This document shows, one piece after another, positions 10,023-21,421 of a DNA stretch of 25,321 bases (positions within the stretch are counted from its first letter, which is position 1; each line of letters begins with the position of its first letter). Under the pieces are notes generated by a model. The model was not told the DNA's origin. It ran no database searches and saw nothing but the letters and a program-made list of their open reading frames with translations. Both the position numbers and the translations under genes were made by a program. Source of the DNA: Octopus sinensis (Eukaryota); assembly GCF_006345805.1 (NCBI RefSeq), contig NW_021836194.1:1-25321 (forward strand), read 5' to 3'.

Positions 10023-10206
10023 TCGCCATGATAGATCGCTAGCCACTACACACATTTTTTTCTCTCCTTGTTTCTTTCTGTGTTCTTTTCTGTGGAAGAG
10101 CTTAGGCTCGAAACGTTAAGGACTTTTTCAATTCCCGACCGTTATACTAATACATATGTTTGTTTTATACACTACCTCTCTTCGTCTTTTTTGTGTGAAT
10201 TCCCTA

Positions 10207-10207
<1 letters not shown>
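10023..10207 (+). mobile_element. PLE pseudo-LTR-like repeat, family B
   Basis: Homologous to 344-540 (reverse strand). Contains a minimal hammerhead motif and is flanked by (CA)n/(TA)n. Confidence 0.7.
10085..10121 (+). ncRNA. Minimal PLE-type hammerhead motif with variant core CTGTGGA
   Basis: CTTTT, CTGTGGA (10090-10096), an extra A, stem II GAGC-TTAG-GCTC, GAAAC (10110-10114), GT, T, AAGG. Stem III is a loop-less ACGT palindrome, the architecture known for dimer-acting minimal PLE hammerheads. Confidence 0.55.
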
Positions 10208-10717
<510 letters not shown>

Positions 10718-11633
10718 GAGCATATCTGCATGTTGTATGTATGCAATAAGCACATGTGGTGTCCTTGGCAAATATATATGGAAAACAACCGCAAAGAAAA
10801 ACGCTTGTACTATTTGGCTGGAAGTATGTAAGTTCAACGTTTGATGTTTAGGCAAGAAATAATACAGAAAAGGCTTAGCATATTATACTTTGCGATCATC
10901 TATGAAATTGTGATGGGAGATCGCCATATTTGTCTTAAATGAGCAAGGAGAAAAATAGTTTTACTTCGTTGAACCTTAATGTCCATATCTGCTTAACCAA
11001 TGTAACAGCTTTAGGTGTTGAATAAAGAAATCTTTCTCAAAGCGGAACCGTCCGCCATTAGTCGCACATCACTACCATTATTTAATTTACTATATTCAAT
11101 TTTCTCGTCGTTTATTCTTATACCCCACACACCCGGCGCAACCGCTTCCCTACCAATTCATATCATCTAGCGCTTCTTCAGTCCTTCAATTGAGAAAATA
11201 CTATGTTATCAGCCAATTGCAGACCCACCTCTTTTCGGTGTTTGTTTTATGAGGATACGGCCATTTCGTTTACATCAGGATTTGACTCCTTATGCTGTGG
11301 TATATGCTAAATAGGTATTGCGCTAGAGGCTTAGCCTGAAAAGTAATTTTATTATCACGTTGCTTTAGCCTTTATAATCACAAAAGTAGGTGCTCATCAC
11401 TTATATATAGCATATTTCTTAGAACGTATATTGGAAATGAAAATAATGTGTCTTGAAGTCAATAAAACGTGAATAGTGTTGGTCACTGCTGCTGGTAATC
11501 ACATAGGCGCTTACATGGAGGTATTATATAATGGTGCATTGTAAATAATCAATATAACTGCAAACATAAAACTTTACTTCTTCGTGTCTCCTTACATGAA
11601 AATGAAGTCTTGCTTCTCTGTGCATGTGCAGAC

Positions 11634-11635
<2 letters not shown>

Positions 11636-11669
<34 letters not shown>

Positions 11670-11780
11670 GGACACACATATGCAAAGCCCACACATGTAA
11701 ATATATAAATACATACATATATACATACAAACATGCATACATACAAACATACATACAGACAGACATATATATACACTCAA
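11636..11780. repeat. (TA)n/(TACA)n microsatellite
   Basis: Visible directly. Confidence 0.9.
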
Positions 11781-11916
11781 AAACGCACGACACACAATGT
11801 CTGTGTTAATGTTTGCACATGCGTATACTACACCCACGAGTTTGTACGCTTTTATGTATGTATGTATGAATGTACGGGTAAAGAGAAATACACGATCTTG
11901 CTATTTATTTTGTTTA

Positions 11917-12360
11917 TCTTTTACCTTTTAGGTGTTTCACTCATTGGATTATGGCCATGTTGGGGCACTGCTTTGAGGGGTTTTAGTCCAATAAATCATC
12001 CCTTGTACTCATTTCTAAGTCTGACGCTTCTTTTATCGGTCCCTTTGAAGGACCGCTTAGTTACGGGAACATGAACATGAAACCAACACATGTAGGCATG
12101 TGATAGTAGCAAACACACACAAAAACACACATAGATATATATACACACTCTCTCTCAACCCACCCCACTCCTACAAATAAACACACACACAAACATATAT
12201 ATATATACATATGGATATATACAAATAAACACACATGACGGGCTTCCAGTCAATTTTCGTCTATCAGATTCACACCACAACATATTGGTCGACTCTGAGA
12301 TATATTGGAAGACACCTACAGGACTACAGAAGTTTCCATGCAGTGGAACTGAACTAGAAG
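11917..12360 (-). mobile_element. SINE group 2, diverged bipartite copy
   Basis: Right half 11917-12120 is antisense to 7172-7382 (GGCCATGTTGGGGCACTGC, CTTTTATCGGTCCCTTTG..GACCGCTTAGTTACGGG). A (CA)/(TA) linker spans 12120-12236. Left half 12237-12360 is antisense to the 6787-6949 type. Confidence 0.7.
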
Positions 12361-12472
12361 CGACGTGTATATATATGTGTGTGTATGTGTGTGTTTGTGC
12401 ACACGCGTGTGCATATATATATGTGTGTGTGTGCGTATATATACATATATATGTGTGTCTATGTGTGTGCAC
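12361..12472. repeat. (TG)n/(TA)n microsatellite
   Basis: Visible directly. Confidence 0.9.
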
Positions 12473-13415
12473 GTATAAGATATGAAGAGTTTAAGCCAAG
12501 GTAACCCAATCTAATAGGTATGCGTTGTGAGTGCTCCGATAGTTAATCAACCAAAATTCCAGTTAGATCAGCGGATGGAGTTTTGGTGTGTGAAACCCTT
12601 GTTCGAAAAAAATCTGACAGTTGGTGGCTTACTAGGTATCAGTCAAAGTAGCGAGGAAAGCAAACAATTAGTTAAGGCATGAATGACTATGGCATTTAAA
12701 TTCAATTAATTCAATACTAAAATAGAAAAGTAATACAAAACTGGTAAAGAAAGCTGAGATAGCCTCTGATAGTGCCAAAGCAATACAAGCAAGTAAGCTA
12801 ATGAGTAGTTTCGTTTCATTCATTACATTTCTGCTATTGTCCTAAATGCTGCGATTCGACTTCAAAATATACTTTCTTTAAAATACGTAAGTGGCTTCAT
12901 TCTGGTACTGCAGGCTAAATTTTTATGTAGTTTCTATTTAGAAAATTCTCATTAACTATATTTATGGAGCATAAACTAAAGTATATTAAGATAACAGAAA
13001 TATATGAAATATCGGGAGTTAATTTTTACGCCCTTTTCCTTTATTTTCCCCCACCGGATCAACAAACTGCACATTAAGTACTAGGTTCAAGATTTAAAAA
13101 ATGCAATGACTGCAAACCCTGAATGGCCTTTCTTCACACTTAAAATCCTTATTATTTGTGTCTATGTATCTATAATAAAAGTGATTTTATTGTTGCCATC
13201 TCTTCCTTGCAATTCTGTGACCTTCTGCCTATAGTAAAGTATATTTTACCTTTGATGAACCCGCTACTATATGTATGGTCCTGCTTATGAGGTGAGCAAA
13301 CGTGTCAAATACAACTTTCAGGATGATTCGGTTTTACATGTGGTGGTGTACTTAAATTTAGAAAGTTGACGTTTAATATATGTCCCACTTAAAGATCTGG
13401 AACTGTATGTATGGA

Positions 13416-13456
13416 GTATGTATGTATGTATGTATGTATGTATGTATGTATGTATG

Positions 13457-13486
<30 letters not shown>
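13416..13486. repeat. (TATG)n tetranucleotide microsatellite
   Basis: Near-perfect array, visible directly. Confidence 0.97.
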
Positions 13487-13487
<1 letters not shown>

Positions 13488-13494
13488 TTTATGT

Positions 13495-13640
13495 ATCTAT
13501 AGTAAATTCAATTAACCATACAGAAAACAACCGACAATAAATGAGGGACAGTTTTAGCAAACAGTATACGCGTATCAACTTAAACAAGGAAAAAGAATCT
13601 TACGTTTCGGGTATTAGTCATTCATCAAGTGATAGAGAGA
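13495..13640 (-). mobile_element. Probable PLE pseudo-LTR relic with a decayed hammerhead motif
   Basis: The minus strand reads TTGATGA-A-TGACTAATACCC-GAAAC-GT-A-AG at 13629-13598, and the block ends in a microsatellite like the other PLE pieces. Stems I and II pair poorly. Confidence 0.35.
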
Positions 13641-15630
13641 AGCAGATGAGTGTGGTGGGTGAAAGAAAAGGAAACGAGCAACATTTCAAGTTCAAGGGGG
13701 TAACGCGGTTGTATGGGGGTTTATATGCACGTATAAGAGTGTTTCCTTGTTTAGGGATGTATGCTTAATAATGCGTCTAATCTAGTAAATTGGGAATCTT
13801 TCAGTTCGAGAACGGAAATGTTTCGAAATGTATACATCATGTAATAACCACAAACACTATTAAGCATACATTAGCATTTAGCCCACTCAACAACCCACAC
13901 GTCTTTGGTGACAAACAGTCATCACATGTCCATAAGTTTGGGTATTAATCTTAATCAAATACCATTTTATACACATCCACCTGGTACTTATTTGCATTTA
14001 ACATAGTCTTTTCTTATAGGAATTCAGACAATGCCAACACTATGTATCAATCAACTATGTTCAATTCAGTTTAAGAAAGAAACAGTTAATAGCTCGGATC
14101 TAATGCTGAGAATATTTTTCAGCGTATATATTTTGTGGAACTGACCTCCACAATCTCACACTTCTTTCTCAACCTGAATGTTTAAAACTTCCTGCATAAT
14201 GAAACAAAAACAAAAACAACAACAATACTTATGAGAAAAAAACACTAAATGAAGTGAGATTGAAGCAAAACTTCAAATAGAAGCACCTATGCTACTTTAG
14301 ATCACCTCTCTATCACAGTATCCTGCTCATTTTAATGTACAATATAAGAAAACTATTTTAGTTGTTTTCAGCAATTCTCAGAGGTTTCTATCTGCTATCT
14401 GACTAACCTTTGACGTATTTTCTCAATCATTCTTCTCCTCTTTTGACTAATGTTTTTCTATCTATGCTGCTTTTGTTTTTATCATGTCTCTCTGATTCTT
14501 TTTTTTAGTTTATTGTTTGTTTTGTTCCCTTCTATTTTTCGTTTGTTGTTTTTCCGCTAATTTTGGTTGAATATCTTTTATCAGGTGAAAATATTCCCTT
14601 TTTAGCCAAAAAAGATATCGATTCCTTTCATTTCATCATTATTTTAGATCCAATGGAATCGGGGCATAATATTGGTCGGCGTATTTTTAGAATTAATGAA
14701 AGGAAAGAAAAAAAAAACTTTGAAAAGATGAGTCTTTCAGGGAAAGGATAATATAATAAAGACATCACTGCAATCATAATAAAAAAAAAATGTGTTACTT
14801 TATAACTCATAATTATTTATCCAGATCAAAATATTTTGGTATTTTATTTCTCTCGATTGGTTAAAATTAGTTATTAATGTTGAAAAATGTTTAATGTTAA
14901 TATTACTGGGAGTAAAGTTTAAGCAATTAATACTACATAATAGAATGTTTGTGTAACACGGATTCAAAGAGCAGTCTTCGAGTTCCTTTAAGATTATATT
15001 AACTGGCTTTTGTACATAGCTGTTACCATAACAGCCTTATAGAATGACGGAATGTGACATACGCTATCTTCAAAGAAATTTTAACCAACCATCCATATAC
15101 ATAAAAATTCTGTGATATTAACAGAATTTTCGTTATAATTAAAACTCGCTACACATCATCCTAATTATTAAAAAAAATTACTCTAACAGAAACTCTATTA
15201 AATACAAGAAAGAAATAACCCTAACAGCAAAACCTAAAAAGGAAAACGTATCAACTGGTTCAACATTACTTTTAGTGTAATCATGTTAAAATCCTTGCCG
15301 CGTTTATGATTTCACGTTATCATAGCAACAATACACACGGGGACAAACCAAATCAATAATTTTAGTTGAATAGCAGCAACGACAAGTCCTGTAAACTCAG
15401 CTATAATTGCTTAACAAAGGCTCTCATGTAACGAGCAGCCGAGAGCTGAGATATGACCCGACCCGACAATAACATAACTACATCGAGGTCTGTCAAAATA
15501 TTTTCAAGACTATGCTCACTCAGTTGTACATAACAGGCTCTTAAAATGGACATCAATAACAGCACAAAAATCATCTAAGTATTGATCGGAAGAATAATAT
15601 GCCAGCTCTACTAGGTGAAGAAATATTGCT

Positions 15631-15836
15631 TTCAAATTTTGCACAAAGGCAGAAATTTTGTGAGAGAGGGTAAGTTGATTACATCAACCCCAGTGCTCAG
15701 CTAGTACTTACTTTTATCGACCCCGAAAAGATGAAAGGCAAATTGAACCTCGGAAGAATATGAACTCAGAACGTAGAGACAAAATGCCAGTAGGCATTTT
15801 GCCCGGCGTGCTAACGATTCTGCCATCTTGCCGCTT
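15631..15836 (-). mobile_element. tRNA-derived SINE group 1, monomer with the alternative tail
   Basis: Same head and central box (TCGACCCCGAAAAGATGAAAGGCAAA) as the other group 1 copies. The tail resembles 20140-20183 rather than 8180-8242. Confidence 0.8.
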
Positions 15837-16021
15837 TACTAAGCTAAGAAATATAACATCAGATGTTGGTCAAATGTTCGTGACGCTGAAAACAACGACA
15901 AGAGTTAGTGCCGATAGATAAACGGAAACAAGTAGCTTCTAAAGCATTTGCCCCAATAATAAAATTTGAAATACCCCGAGATTAAGTAAAAATTATTATA
16001 GTAAATTATACCACGCCTTTG

Positions 16022-16256
16022 TGGAGGTGTGTGGTGTAGTGTTTGGGGTGTCAGCATCATGATCGTAAGATTTTGGTTTCGATTCCTGGACCGGGCGACG
16101 CGTTGTGTTCTTGAGCAAAACACTTCATTTCACGTTGCTCCAGTCCACTCAGCTGGCAAAAATGAGTAACGCTGCAATGGACTGGCGTCCCGTCCAACTG
16201 GGGAACACATACGAGCCCATGAGCCTGGCTAGGCTTTAAAAGGGCGAATTTATTTA
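16022..16256 (+). mobile_element. tRNA-derived SINE group 3a (CORE-like centre)
   Basis: B box GGTTTCGATTCC, centre GTTCTTGAGCAAAACACTTCATTTC, tail 16164-16246 shared with the next element. Confidence 0.8.
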
Positions 16257-16259
16257 TGT

Positions 16260-16579
16260 GGAGGCGCAATGGCCCAGTGGTTAGGGCAGCGGACACGCGG
16301 TCGGAGGATCACGGTTTCGATTCCCAGACCGGATGTTGTGTGTGTTTATTGAGCAAAAACACCTAAAGCTCCACGAAGCTCCAGCAGGGGGTGGTGGCGA
16401 CCCCTGTTGTACTCTTTCGCCCCAAATTTCTCTCACTCTTTCTTCCTGTTTCTTGAGTAACGCTGCGATGGACTGATGTCGCGTCCAGCTGGGTGGAACA
16501 CATGCGCCACAGAAACCGGGAAACCGGGCCCATGAACCTGGCTAGGCTTGAAAAGGCACATAAATAAATAAATGAATAA
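16260..16579 (+). mobile_element. tRNA-derived SINE group 3b
   Basis: A box TGGCCCAGTGG, B box GGTTTCGATTCC, a different centre, the same tail as 3a (16455-16560), ending in (TAAA)n. Confidence 0.85.
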
Positions 16580-17376
16580 GACGCCTTTACATGGAGTGAC
16601 ATATCTACTCATCAGACCTACTATCTACGTGATGCTAAATTTCCGACAGTAAAACATTAAAATCGCATAAATTAAAAATAATAAAAATTGTCGCAAACAA
16701 GTCAACGAAGTTGGTAGGTGAATGGGATTCTATGATCGGTTGAACGGAATGCGAACCATCTTCAATAATAGGAAAGAAATGGAAACTCGGAGTAGTTATG
16801 CACCTTATTTGGTATTTTATTAAATAAAGAAATACTCTATATTATATTGAGTACTTTTTCTCCCACATATATAAGTCCAACGTCCCAAAATTCCTACACA
16901 CTGACACTCACATACTAATAATAAATACAAATTGATGCACACATACTTATAAATATACACGCTAACACATACACACATACTCACACACCTATGAACACGC
17001 TCACACATACAGACACACACACCCACGTATGAATATAAGAGGTCCTTTGAATTGTCAAATGACCAGTAACCGCGAAAAAAAAGGTGAATCCCCTCCTATG
17101 TGTGTATATTACATGTAGAGATGATCTCCCTCTGATCACAACGTTTCTAACCATCCTCTACCCAATAAATTAAGGGATAAGATCATAGCAATACATACAC
17201 GAGTTCGAAGCTACACTTGATTCTCTCGTGTGAAAATCCACTTCAAAAGAGGATCAAAGAGAGACCTCAACAGAAATGATGAATAGGAAAGTATTTCATT
17301 TCAATTTCACCTTTGTATTCTTGTTCTGTTTAATCATATCAGACAGATACAAAATATATTACCCCCCTCAGCAAAT

Positions 17377-17840
<464 letters not shown>

Positions 17841-18271
17841 AATTTAACGTATTTTGATTTATTTGCTATTCACACTTGTGATAAAACTCATTTGTTTTCT
17901 CTCTTTCAATGGCGTTGTTTTTGCTATTTACGTTGCTGATGTATTTGCTATTTACGTTGTTACGAATTTTCTTTCAATTTCTTTTCTTTCTTTACTATTT
18001 TCTTTAATTTTTCGTCATCTCGCACCCATTCTTTATACTCCTCCCACCTTAAATGCCTTTTTGCAAAAAAAATAAATCATTGTTTTCGCCAGTAAAAATG
18101 AATCATCTGGTCTCGCTCTTGATGTTAGCAAAAATTATCGCAAATTTCATGAAAACAAAAGACATTAATCAAAATGTATATGAGACGGGGACAGCACTGG
18201 AGAGTTTTAGTTCCAAAGAATGTGTTTTACATCATGACTTCAAGAAAGGACTTCTTGTGATTTCATTCATT

Positions 18272-18460
18272 GCTTTAACCATCTATTGTTTCACGATTCC
18301 AGTAGCGTAATTTTCGTTCGTGTCTCCAACGCTGGGATTTCGCTTAGAGCTTTAACTTTGTTATATTTCACAATTCCGATACCATATATCTTTTTTTTTT
18401 CATAGTTCCAAGTATTTGGCTTTGTTTATGGCTTTAACCATATATTATTTCATGATTCCA
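18272..18460. repeat. Degenerate 3-copy repeat with about 80-bp spacing
   Basis: GCTTTAAC...TTTCA..ATTCC starts at 18272, 18349 and 18431. Copies 1 and 3 match at 27 of 30 bases. Confidence 0.65.
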
Positions 18461-18553
18461 TTATTTTGTTTCCAATTTTTTCTATGAAGTCCCAAAATAC
18501 AACAAGCGTAAAAAGATGAATAACAACTACAAATTGAAACAAAAGTTTGTAAC

Positions 18554-18720
18554 TGTGTGAGTGCGCATGTGTGAATGTGTATGAGTGTGTGTTTGCTCAT
18601 ACGTGGTGTGTGGGGGGGTTTGCATGTCTGTGTGGCTTGTGTGTGTGTGCTTGTTTGTGTATGTGTTTATGCGTGTATGTGTGTGCGTGCGTACGTGCAT
18701 GCTTGCTTGTATTGCTGCAT
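18554..18720. repeat. Degenerate (TG)n microsatellite
   Basis: Visible directly. Confidence 0.85.
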
Positions 18721-18771
18721 TGCTTGGAGGTCCCTTGGTTCGGGGGTCGAAGACATCCCTTCAAAGCGGTG

Positions 18772-18997
18772 TTAAATGTAGTTGGTGAACACGCTGATGA
18801 TGTGAGCGGAGCCCAAAACTCCAGCAGTTGAATTTCCCCCGGGTCCGACAAAGAACTGATTGTGGTGGTGGGGCTTATCCAACAACCACAGCACGCCTTT
18901 CTCGGCGCTCATCGAACCGTTGACGACGCCCTGTCTGGACGGTTTTGCAAACTTTGATGGCAGCTGGCGTGTACTCGTAACATTAAGGAGATGAGTT
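18772..18997 (-). CDS. Candidate terminal coding exon of an unidentified gene
   Basis: GC-rich island in AT-rich surroundings. The minus-strand frame is open from 19005 to TAA at 18772-18774: THLLNVTSTRQLPSKFAKPSRQGVVNGSMSAEKGVLWLLDKPHHHNQFFVGPGGNSTAGVLGSAHIISVFTNYI*. Third codon positions are mostly C/G. A possible acceptor CTTTAG ends at 18998. No homology recognised. Confidence 0.35.
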
Positions 18998-19785
18998 CTA
19001 AAGTTTCAAGGAGATTTCAGTTTCGAAAATGTACATTCTTTTTAACATACCTGCAAATTCACAGTAAATCGGTTATTATGATTCCAGTATGCAACGTAAC
19101 TTTAGATCTTCCATAAGATCTATTACATTTTGCATCATATGTGCTAAATGCAGTGATCTGAATGGAGAGCATCCATTGTCACTGAATTATTTACACCATT
19201 TTTCCTACTGCAGCATTTCACGCTACAAGGTATCTACGTTGACAAAAAGAGCAAACGAGCTAGCTTATATATTGACAAGCGGATTCATATACGGTCACAA
19301 GACTACTCGGAATAGACGAAAAATCTACTTAAAATTCAAGATATGTCTTTTTAGGAAAAATACATTACATAATGTAATCTAAGGACCACTATAACAGAAG
19401 AAATGCGAGATGATATGTACTGGAAGGTCGGTAGCTATCGTCAAAGACCAACTAGGATTAAGCGACAGCAAAATAAGCATAATTGCTTTCATAAACATAC
19501 AAGGATCTAAAAATATGGAAATAAAAGATTAATTTTCAATTTTACTTCAGAGAAGGACTTTATTTGAAATATCAGAAAATCTACATTGCGAATTTTTTTT
19601 TCTGTGTACAATGAACAGGGATCAACTAAGGGTATGCAAATTACGTTTACACATACATGGAAAGTGCGCCATCTACAAACATTGTCAATATTTCTCTAAG
19701 CTTCACCGTTGTGTATATTTCTGATATGCCATATAGAACCTGTCACATGACTATTCAGTACTTCTGTAGATGCGCATAGTTGGGA

Positions 19786-20183
19786 AGGCGGTGAGCTGGG
19801 AGAATCGTTAGCACGCTGGGCGAAATGCTTAGCGGTATTTCATCTGCTGTTACGTTCTGAGTTCAAATTCCGCAGAGGTCGACTTTGCCTTTCATCCTTT
19901 CGGGGTCGATTAAATAAGTGCCAGTTACGCACTGGGGTCGATATAATCGACTTAATCCGTTTGTCTGTCCTTGTTTGTCCCCTCTGTGTTTAGCCCCTTG
20001 TGGGTAGTAAAGAAATAGGTATTTCGTATGTCTTTACGTTCTGAGTTCAAGTTCCATCGAGGTTGACTTTGCCTTTCCTCCTTTCAGGGTCGATAAATTA
20101 AGTATCTGTTACGCACTGGAGTCAATCTAATCGACTGGCCCCTTTCCTAAAAATTTCAGAATTTGTGCCTAGAGTAGGAAAGA
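19786..20183 (+). mobile_element. tRNA-derived SINE group 1, dimeric form, with 15-bp TSD
   Basis: Head, body and tail A, then a headless body from about 20018 with tail B. AGATGCGCATAGTTG at 19768-19782 and AGATATGCATAGTTG at 20181-20195 match at 13 of 15. Confidence 0.9.
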
Positions 20184-20436
20184 TATGCATAGTTGTAATC
20201 ATTGGTCACAGACGAAAGTTTTGACTTCCACTGGACTGATCGAATCACTTCATGAGAAATAATCCCTGTGAACCATAATATGGTTTCATACCGAAAATAT
20301 ACCGAGTCGCAAGATCTACTAGGAAGAATGTTGCATACAATGAATCTTTCATGGAATTCAGATGGTTGAAACACCAGCATTAGAAAGGAGAAGACGACTA
20401 TTTCTTCTGTTCTACTACAACTACAAAAGTCAAAGA

Positions 20437-20440
<4 letters not shown>

Positions 20441-20522
<82 letters not shown>
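20441..20522. repeat. Perfect (GA)n microsatellite
   Basis: Visible directly. Confidence 0.98.
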
Positions 20523-20524
<2 letters not shown>

Positions 20525-20696
20525 ATGGAAATATTCTAAACAAACATTTCATTTCATTTCTCCACAATTTAATTGTCTCGAAAACACTGAATCCGGTACT
20601 AAAATGTTCTTCGTGATAAAATTATTTTAGCATTTTCTACTTTGTCTTATTTTCCTTATACATATCAACTCGTGTGTTACTTTTCAAGCTTCTAGA

Positions 20697-20702
20697 CGCA
20701 CA

Positions 20703-20746
<44 letters not shown>

Positions 20747-20764
20747 ACACCACACACACACACA
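20697..20764. repeat. (CA)n microsatellite
   Basis: Visible directly. Confidence 0.95.
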
Positions 20765-20810
20765 AAGATGTATATCTGTTAAAATGTCTATTTGATGAGT
20801 ACTGTTATTT

Positions 20811-20904
20811 ATATTCTCCCTGTACAGATTGATGCATAGCTGACCATTATTCATCCTGTCGGACGTATTTTGTATGCATCTATCGAAACATGTGTAGGAG
20901 ATAT
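20811..20904 (+). ncRNA. Type I hammerhead-like fold with long stem II and altered core CTGTACA (family C)
   Basis: Stem I ATA-T-TCTCC (20811-20819) pairs with GGAGA-TAT (20897-20904). Core 20820-20826. Stem II GATTGATGCATA (20827-20838) pairs with TATGCATCTATC (20873-20884) at 11 of 12 positions. GAAAC 20885-20889, loop ATGT, cleavage triplet GUA 20894-20896. Confidence 0.55.
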
Positions 20905-21181
20905 GAAATATAAATGATTTAATAACATCTTGAGCGTGTGTCTCCTTTCTCTATTTTTCCTATTTCTCTCCTAAATACGTCTTGGTTGTCCCCGGATTCA
21001 AATCCTCACACAAGTGTGTCTATTGTTTCTTAGGAAACTCAAGCAACATTTAGCTACCTTGTAATTATTCCCTCGGATACTTCCTATATATTGTACACTC
21101 ATATATATATATATCACGTAAATATATACATGCCTGTAGGTATATATATATATATATATATCTATATATATATATATATAA

Positions 21182-21258
21182 TTTCCTCTCTGTTTCCTCG
21201 TGAAAAAAACTTTCTCACCTGCTTGTTGTTTATACACCTGTCTTCGTCTTTTGTTTCT
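21182..21258 (+). mobile_element. Short diverged relative of PLE family B
   Basis: TACACCTGTCTTCGTCTTTTGTTT matches the 3' part of 10023-10207 and of 344-540 (reverse strand). It follows (TA)n. Confidence 0.45.
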
Positions 21259-21389
21259 ATGGGAAGGTGAGAAAACCTGATTCAAGTCTTGAATTTAGCC
21301 TATTCGTGTTAGCGGATGCGTTAAGTATTATTTAGATTTTGTTTGTATAATATATTCATACGCAAATATTTGTTTGTGCATATGTGTGT

Positions 21390-21421
<32 letters not shown>

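Noticed and set aside
13140-13290. Short plus-strand frame containing NPLLY, like the GPCR NPxxY motif
   Set aside because: Only about 48 codons between stops, with no other helices or supported exon structure.
14390-14590. Long pyrimidine tract with GACTAAC and an acceptor-like TTTTATCAG
   Set aside because: No convincing exon follows, and such tracts are common in this AT-rich DNA. The same applies to acceptor-like sites near 4732 and 23621.
16260-16335. tRNA-like A and B boxes, also in the other SINE heads
   Set aside because: No cloverleaf, and they run directly into SINE bodies, so they are not tRNA genes.
16782-16793. GAAACTCGGAGT identical to the family A hammerhead stem III
   Set aside because: No CUGANGA core or stems upstream and no flanking homology; likely chance.
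18272-18460. CRISPR-like spacing of 30-bp repeats
   Set aside because: Only three degenerate copies, eukaryotic context and no cas genes.
18850-18995. Plus-strand frame with in-frame TGA, considered as a selenoprotein
   Set aside because: No SECIS-like structure or recognisable fold. The minus-strand frame explains the region better.
19045-19053. Strong minus-strand donor CAG|GTATGT near the candidate exon
   Set aside because: It would give a 53-bp intron, and the upstream frame in the required phase has a stop. A non-coding exon is not excluded.
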